DNA of 40,865 nucleotides, taken from positions 23,007,977 to 23,048,841 of the forward strand of contig NC_069003.1 of assembly GCF_001194135.2 (NCBI RefSeq). The letters are read 5' to 3'. Position 1 is the stretch's first letter. Every line of letters starts with the position of its first letter. Both the position numbers and the translations under genes were made by a program. Source of the stretch: Octopus bimaculoides. Lineage: Eukaryota. Under the pieces are notes generated by a model, which was given only the letters and a program-made list of their open reading frames with translations, searched no databases and had not been told where the DNA came from. Shown here in pieces: positions 33,652 through 40,865 of the stretch.

Positions 33652-34357
33652 AGGAACCTCTAATATTAACTACTTTGTCTAGAAATTTGTATGTAAGATG
33701 AATAGTGGAATGACCTTTCTTTTTTAAAAACCGTACTGGTGTTGGATACTGTAGTCACTTAATAACAAACTATGACCTTTTCTACAGGTTGCGCGTAGAA
33801 TACCAATATAACTGTAATTATTTGAATTAAAATCTTCAAAATGAATACCTATATTACTTGCGCATACGTACACAAAATATACTACATCATGCAGGGGTAT
33901 CATCAGTGATATCTACACTTTAATCCTCAAACATGGCAGCACAAATAACCCAACTTTAATTCACCCACCAAAAGCAGACCCTGTACGTGGTCGGTAGACC
34001 CGCTAAAAATAGCAACCAAACCGTCTTAGAAAAATACACAGATAATGTGGTTTAGTGCTTCTTGTAAATAGGAAACATTGTGGATGGTCACGAATTGATT
34101 GCACTTGATTTTTCGGTCTACTCGAACTTGGATCAACCTACCAGTGTTCTTTCTTTGTATGAGTAATACAAAAGGGGTTTCAAATATAACCAACCAAAGA
34201 AGACAAGCGCTAGAAATTACATACTGCGTCTCTAAAATATAGACAGGACATGAAAAAAAAAAAAAACAGTGGAGAGTAATAAATATGACACAGAATTAAA
34301 CTTACAGCATATTTAACTGACTGATACAAGCAAGCAATAATATCATTGTTCGATACT

Positions 34358-34571
34358 AAGGTGGCGGGCTGACAGAATTATTATCACGCTGAGCAAAGTG
34401 CTTAGCGATATTTCGTCTGTCTTTACGTTCTGAGTTCAAATTCTGCCGAGGTCGACTTTGCTTTTCATTCTTCCGGAGTCGATAAAATAAGTACCAGTTG
34501 AGCACTGGTGGGTCGATCTAATCGACCTATCCCGCCCCTGGAATTGCTGGCCTTGTACCAAAAATTGTAAG
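34358..34571 (+). mobile_element. SINE family B with TSD
   Basis: TAATATCATTGTTCGA (34338-34353) and TAATATTATTGTTCGA (34572-34587). Confidence 0.9.
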
Positions 34572-34909
34572 TAATATTATTGTTCGAATCGTTATATCAA
34601 ATCTATCATGGGTTTCGCCATGAGAGTAATCTTAACAAATTATCAGAGATTATCAGGGAGGATGATAAGGGGTACTAAAAAATCCTCCATAACATATTTC
34701 AGGGAATATAAAACAGTACACAACGCATCGTCACAGATTACACAAAAGCCACACCAACCAATGAAATAATATCTAACCCAATCTATATAACCTAGTATAA
34801 GATACAAAATGCCTGATATCTCAGGCATTTCTTTTCAGGCGGGGTAGTCATAACTAGCTCGTTTTGGGTCTGAGATCTGCTCAGTTATTGTCGACTTGCT
34901 GCTAAATAA

Positions 34910-35290
34910 TTCATTATTATTATGGCCAGGTTCTAATCCGGGCAGCGGCAACAAAGTCTACCTGCCACACCTTTCGGTCCATCATCACTGCCTCGTGGTC
35001 TTAGATACATTCCAGGCCAGTGTCTGCAAACAAGTTGTCGATGTGTGACAACGTTTTCCTCTTCTTATATAAAATGAAATGGATTTCACAAGACTAATTT
35101 GGAGGCTTCCAGTTCAGTATCGCGCACGCAGTGGCCAGATACTTACAGCCGTCTTTATCTGATTTCACTAACTTTCAGTAGGTCTCCATAAGGGCATTCA
35201 TTTGTCACATGTTGCTGCCATTTCACATTTAGGGCTGTTCGTAGCATCTTTGTGTAGCATCCATTTAGCTAGTTTGTCAGTGTTCCTGTT
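34910..35290 (-). mobile_element. RTE-clade LINE 3' end with short (TAA)n tail
   Basis: LNGCYTKMLRTALNVKWQQHVTNE..YGDL..GHCVR..EASKLVL..DTGL..MDRKVW is the typical RTE ORF C-terminus. Confidence 0.85.
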
Positions 35291-35378
35291 TCACTGCCAT
35301 TTAATAATATTCATATTTTTATATTCCTTTTTATATTCTCTTGTATTCCATTTTTCTGTTTATACATATGGGAGCGTG

Positions 35379-35725
35379 CAGAGGCGCAATGGCCCAGTGG
35401 TTAGGGCAGCGGACTCGCGATCGTAGGATCGCGGTTTCGATTCCCAGACCGGGCGTTGCGAGTGTTTATTGAGCGAAAACACCTAAAGTTCCACAAGGCG
35501 CCGGCACAACTTTCTCTCACTCTTTCTTCCTGTTTCTATTGTACCTGTATTTCAAAGGGACCAGCCTTGTCACACTCTGTGTCACGCTGAATCTTCCCGA
35601 GAACTACGTTAAGGGTACACGTGTCTGTGGAGTGCTCAGCTACTTGCACGTTAATTTCACGAGCAGGCTGTTCCGTTGATCGGATCAACTGGAACCCTCA
35701 TCGTCGTAACCGACGGAGTGCCAAC
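35379..35725 (+). mobile_element. SINE family C with small internal deletion
   Basis: Matches the 14542 copy; TSD CATATGG(G/A)AGCGTG at 35365-35378 and 35726-35739. Confidence 0.92.
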
Positions 35726-37143
35726 CATATGGAAGCGTGAAAGGCTAAGGAAGTAAACCCTACAGAAAATCCTCAGGGAGGGCCCCTAAAGCAGTTTGTC
35801 GACGAGGACTGAACCAAACTATCCTCTAGCAGCTCCTTGTGTGGAGAGAAAGCTTCCATCCACCGGGTCTCCAGGGGAAATGCCTTCTGATATGAAGGTT
35901 AGCTGTGAATATAAAAAATAAACACTCCCGGAACAAACATACCTAGAGGATTAAACCTCAATGACAAAAATTCCAGTCTTAATTGTGGGAGGTTAGTATG
36001 CAATGGATACAATCGGCAACAAACTGATTCATTGGATCCACGCAATTTCTACCTCACCAAAGGAAATCCTGTCTCTGTTAATGAGGAAATGCAATGTACA
36101 GGAAGAGTATGTGACCTTGTCAGTATTAAGTTATTGGAAGGCCAAAATGTTAAAGAAGTCATGCAGGAACAAATGAGATAATTTGTTGAAAATATGTAGT
36201 AGCGGCTGAAGAAGTATTGACAATGAGAATTTATATTCATCCCCACACAAACATGGATGTTCTGTTAGAACAAACTATACTGCAGTAGAGACCATGAGAG
36301 AAAGGATACGAGATAGTGGTTATGTAGGAAAACAACATGCTAAACAGTCTCACTACACTTCATGCAGGGAAGTACTGGACTTTCGAGCGAGTGGTATGTT
36401 TTCCACCCCTGTTAGGTAGAGAAATGGAAACTGAAAAATTGCGTATTGCATCCACCGCGTCTTACTACGAACGAGACAGTTATGCTGATCGCGAATAACT
36501 TAGTCATACGCAGTGACAACAAATGATAATAGCAAAACAACCAACACTATCATCAACAACAATAGCAACAACATTTACTACTACTACTGCTGCTGCCGCT
36601 GCCACTACTACTACTACTACATTATCTATTCACATCAATTTGTTTTATATCCCTTTATCAGTCTGAAAATGATTTTCTTTACAGCGCTGTAATGTAGAAC
36701 ATATGAAGCAATCTTTATTTGATGAGATTTTCTATTTTATTGTTCATCGTTCTGTGATCCATCCATCCGTTGATTCCACCTTTCCACAATGCTATCACAA
36801 TGTTATCACGTCAATTCCAACAGAAAAAATATCTATAAAAAACAATAAAGTAAAACCAGAGATTTTTTTTTTCTCACAGAACCACGTGTTTCTTTATCTT
36901 GTGCCGCACAACAAACACACTGTCTGATGAGAAGTAGCACAAGATTGCGTGAATATGCTGCAATCACACTTTTGCACACGCACGCACGCGCGAGCACGCG
37001 CGCGCGCGTATGTATGCGTTCGCCACTGTGTGATGACAAGAGGTGACAAAAGACTGACCGTGAACGGAAATAACTGAACAAGGGACTTGCTTCACAAAAC
37101 ATCTCTTCTCTAGTCTTCTGGTAAGCATGTAATGTGTGTGTGT

Positions 37144-37300
37144 GAAGGCACGTGGCCCAGTGGTTAGAGTATGGGGCTCACGTTCATAGTCATGAGTTCG
37201 GTTTCTGGAACGGGCGAACTGTTGTACGCACAAGTACGACATGCCATTTCACGCTGCTCAAGTTTTCTCAGCTTAAAATGTGCACTAGTCAACTTCTGGC
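37144..37300 (+). mobile_element. Degraded SINE family G-like 5' part
   Basis: GGCACGTGGCCCAGTGGTTAGAG A-box, GAGTTCGGTTTC B-box-like, then a decayed ATTTCACGCTGCTCAAG..CTCAGCT core. Confidence 0.6.
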
Positions 37301-37517
37301 TAAGCAATCTTTCCCTCCGTTTGTCATTATCTTCGAGGTTCTACTTGGTCAGAGGAGGGAGGTCCTTGAGGGTGTCTATGTCAACTCGCAACCACATAGG
37401 CCTCTAAAGCAATTAACAAAAGTGTGCACAAACTACCAGGTCATAATAGCTTTCAAATGCATTGCTTGCATATTTCTTTACTTCTTAATTTAGTTTACCG
37501 AATTCTATTCACAAGGA

Positions 37518-37812
37518 CAGGGGTTTTCAAACTTTTTGACTTGCGGACCCCTTTATATTTCAGGCTTTACCTTAGGGACTCCCTTATAAACGCTTATGAA
37601 ATTTATACATAAATATTTGCTTAAAATAGCATATATTTTTGCATTTATTTATTTAACAGTATTTAACAAATAGGTTTATTGTCAATTAAAAGATTTCGAT
37701 TAAAAAACATATATAAAATCAAATTGCCCATAAAAAGTATTTGCTGTCTACAGTCCCCCTGTCTTGTCCTTGTGCACCCCCTGTGGTCCGCTGACCAGTT
37801 TGAAAACCCCTG
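37518..37812. mobile_element. hAT-superfamily MITE (295 bp)
   Basis: Perfect 16-bp TIR CAGGGGTTTTCAAACT (37518-37533) and AGTTTGAAAACCCCTG (37797-37812); perfect 8-bp TSD CACAAGGA (37510-37517, 37813-37820). Confidence 0.95.
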
Positions 37813-38461
37813 CACAAGGAGGTATGGGTCAAATCTAAGCCTATGTATACTAAACATGCTCAAAGTGTCCTGTAATGAGATCGAACTCGGAACTCTGTGG
37901 TTGCGAAGCCAAATTCTTAACCACACAAATATGCTGGTGTTCTTTTATTTCTCGTTCATTGACTCTTGTTTATGTATTTTATCTTTTAATTTATTTCAAA
38001 CGGAGTCGGTTTATGAAGGGAATAACTAGAAGATTTAGCAGAGCTTAGCAACAATATAGTGTTTGCCGAGGAGCTGTGAGTAGTGTGGCACAGCTGTTGT
38101 CACAGAGATAGTATCTTGTTTTAGTGGCAGAGACACTTGCTGTCAGATTGCCCTTAAAGGAATGAAGAAGGTGACGTAACAAAATAAGTAGATAAATTAG
38201 AAAGAAGTAAAGAAGTAAATAAATAAATTGGAAGGTTATAACATAACATTTCGTCTTTCGATAATAGACATGTAATGAGTGTATATATATATATATGAAT
38301 GTGTGTGTGTGTGTGTGTGTCTGTGCATGGACGCATATATGCCTAAATATGTGTGTATATGTACCTATATATCTGTGAGTGCATGGGTATATGTATGTAT
38401 AGATGTATGAAAATATATACACGCACGCACGCACGCACGCACGCACGCACACGCGCGCACG

Positions 38462-38777
38462 CGCCTTGGGCAAGTGTCTTTTACTATAGCCTCGGGCTGG
38501 CCAAAGCCTTGTGGGTTGGTTTGGTAGACGGGAACTGAAAGAAGCGCACACACACACACACACGTGTGTGTGTGTACTTGTGTGTCAGTGTTTGTGCCCC
38601 CAACATCGCTTGACAACCGGTGCTGGTGTGTTTACGTCCCCGTCACTTAGCGGTTCGGCAAAAGAGACCGAGAGAATAAGTACTAGGCTTACATAGAATA
38701 AGTCCTGGGGTCGATTTCTTCGACTAAAGGCGGTGCTCCAGCATGGCCACAGTCAAATGACTGAAACGAGTAAAAGA

Positions 38778-38780
<3 letters not shown>
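38462..38780 (+). mobile_element. SINE family A, 5'-truncated; tail runs into (AT)n and a gap
   Basis: Begins at GCCTTGGGCAAGTGTC; ends GTAAAAGAGTATATAT. Confidence 0.9.
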
Positions 38781-38815
<35 letters not shown>

Positions 38816-40511
38816 NNNNNNNNNNNNNNNNNNNNNNNNNNNNNNNNNNNNNNNNNNNNNNNNNNNNNNNNNNNNNNNNNNNNNNNNNNNNNNNNNNNNN
38901 NNNNNNNNNNNNNNNNNNNNNNNNNNNNNNNNNNNNNNNNNNNNNNNNNNNNNNNNNNNNNNNNNNNNNNNNNNNNNNNNNNNNNNNNNNNNNNNNNNNN
39001 NNNNNNNNNNNNNNNNNNNNNNNNNNNNNNNNNNNNNNNNNNNNNNNNNNNNNNNNNNNNNNNNNNNNNNNNNNNNNNNNNNNNNNNNNNNNNNNNNNNN
39101 NNNNNNNNNNNNNNNNNNNNNNNNNNNNNNNNNNNNNNNNNNNNNNNNNNNNNNNNNNNNNNNNNNNNNNNNNNNNNNNNNNNNNNNNNNNNNNNNNNNN
39201 NNNNNNNNNNNNNNNNNNNNNNNNNNNNNNNNNNNNNNNNNNNNNNNNNNNNNNNNNNNNNNNNNNNNNNNNNNNNNNNNNNNNNNNNNNNNNNNNNNNN
39301 NNNNNNNNNNNNNNNNNNNNNNNNNNNNNNNNNNNNNNNNNNNNNNNNNNNNNNNNNNNNNNNNNNNNNNNNNNNNNNNNNNNNNNNNNNNNNNNNNNNN
39401 NNNNNNNNNNNNNNNNNNNNNNNNNNNNNNNNNNNNNNNNNNNNNNNNNNNNNNNNNNNNNNNNNNNNNNNNNNNNNNNNNNNNNNNNNNNNNNNNNNNN
39501 NNNNNNNNNNNNNNNNNNNNNNNNNNNNNNNNNNNNNATTAGAATATTTAGCTGAAGATCAGAATAGAGTATTATGTACTCTTAACTGTGAAACAATTGT
39601 ACTAAATTAACTAAAAGGCAAGTGTTTTTTACTCTTCTCTATTGTTTTTTGTTCTGTGTGTATCAAAAATATCGCTATCAATCTGGAGTAATAATTTGTA
39701 GTTTTGAAATCAGTAGTTCTTTGACTGCTATTTCTGAATTCTCAGTATGTTGGAGAAGCAGGTTACTGTCAATCCCTATATATTTATGATTATAAATTAT
39801 TATTTACCGAAGAAGGTTTTTTTCATACTGAGCTACCCGGCAGAAATTGTTAATTATTAATTTTATTACTAATTGATGATTCCCTGCCCTGCATATCTAT
39901 ATATATATATATATATATATATGGAAACTAGCCCGTTAGAAAATCTCTTTCGAGATAGAAGCAGTAGAGATAGAGCCAAGAAGTATTATTTATGGTCACT
40001 TTAATGCGGCTGTCCTCTAAGGGACAACGACACTGTCATTTAACCCCAGAAAGACATCTCCTCCAGCTGGTTTATTCAGTGTGCTTCTTGCACTCGATAT
40101 ATATTGCAAGTGGGAGATAATTTCTGCCACCCTAGCTCCAAGACCACCAGACCACGTGGTTTCGATCAGCATTGCATCTCCTCGATGGTGGGGTCACGTT
40201 GCTGGAGGCACGGGAGGTGGATATGTTTATTAAAAATATGGGTATACTGACCTCTCATACTTCCTGACTGTTTATGATTTATATGCTCCCCAAGAAATAA
40301 TTTCATCGGTTGGGTATCCTAGACATCCTATATATATATTTCTTTATTTGGAAATTAAGGCTACCATTGGTTTCATGTTAAGAAAAAAATTTCTTAATAT
40401 CTTAACAATTTTTCAAGCCGATCACACACATGGATCAATTGTGTTCGTATCCATTTTGGATAAAACACAAAGTCTCGTTGAATTTGCGGAGATTCTCGTA
40501 ATATATATATT

Positions 40512-40865
40512 ACGCAGGAGTGTCTTTGTGGTAAGTAACTTGCTTACCAACCACATGGTCCCGGGTTCAGTCCCACTGCGTGGTGCCTTAGGTAAGTGTC
40601 TTCTACTATATCCTCGGGCTGACCAAGGCCTTGTCAGTGGATGTGGTAGAGGGAGACTGGAAGAAGCCCGTGGTATATATATATATATATATATATATAT
40701 GTTTATGTTTATGTGTCTGTGTCTGTGCCCCCATCATCGTTTGACAAGCGATGGTGGTGTGTTTACATACCCGTTGCATAACGCTTCGGTAAAAAAGAGT
40801 GATAAAATAAGGCCTGGAATCGATTTGTTCATCTAAAAGCGGTGCTCCAGCATGGCCACTGTCAA
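40512..40865 (+). mobile_element. SINE family A, diverged, runs off the window end
   Basis: CGCAGGAGTGTCTTTGTGGTAAG head, central (AT)n, GCGGTGCTCCAGCATGGCC. Confidence 0.88.

Noticed and set aside
34807-34830. Perfect 10-bp hairpin AAATGCCTGA-TATC-TCAGGCATTT
   Set aside because: An isolated short palindrome with no TSD or supporting context, and too short for a pre-miRNA.

Overview
Eukaryotic, AT-rich, repeat-dominated window with no recognisable host-gene exon, tRNA, rRNA or CRISPR array. The SINE repertoire, microsatellite load and short-read N-gaps point to an octopus (coleoid cephalopod) genome, intronic or intergenic; this is inference from recalled repeat families and is unverified. 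Contents: (1) about 40 tRNA-headed SINE copies from at least five families, labelled A, B, C, D and G here because formal names cannot be checked, plus unclassified repeats E and F; (2) decayed non-LTR retrotransposons: an L1/Tx1-type element whose ORF1+endonuclease (- strand) and RT (+ strand) are fused convergently at ~24883, a second ORF1 relic, two RTE fragments, three R4/Dong-like restriction-like-endonuclease (RLE) fragments, a CRE-like RLE fragment, and possible L2/CR1 and Penelope relics; (3) DNA transposons: an internally deleted mariner, a hAT MITE with perfect TIRs and TSD, and a TTAA piggyBac-like MITE; (4) many microsatellites, several apparently born inside TEs; (5) five assembly gaps. 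No new protein-coding system is supported. The most notable pattern is that family-B SINEs form target-SINE-target-SINE-target arrays at three separate loci within ~5.3 kb, one with a third copy nested in inverted orientation. All alignments were done by eye; coordinates are approximate (about 5-30 bp) unless TIRs or TSDs are quoted.
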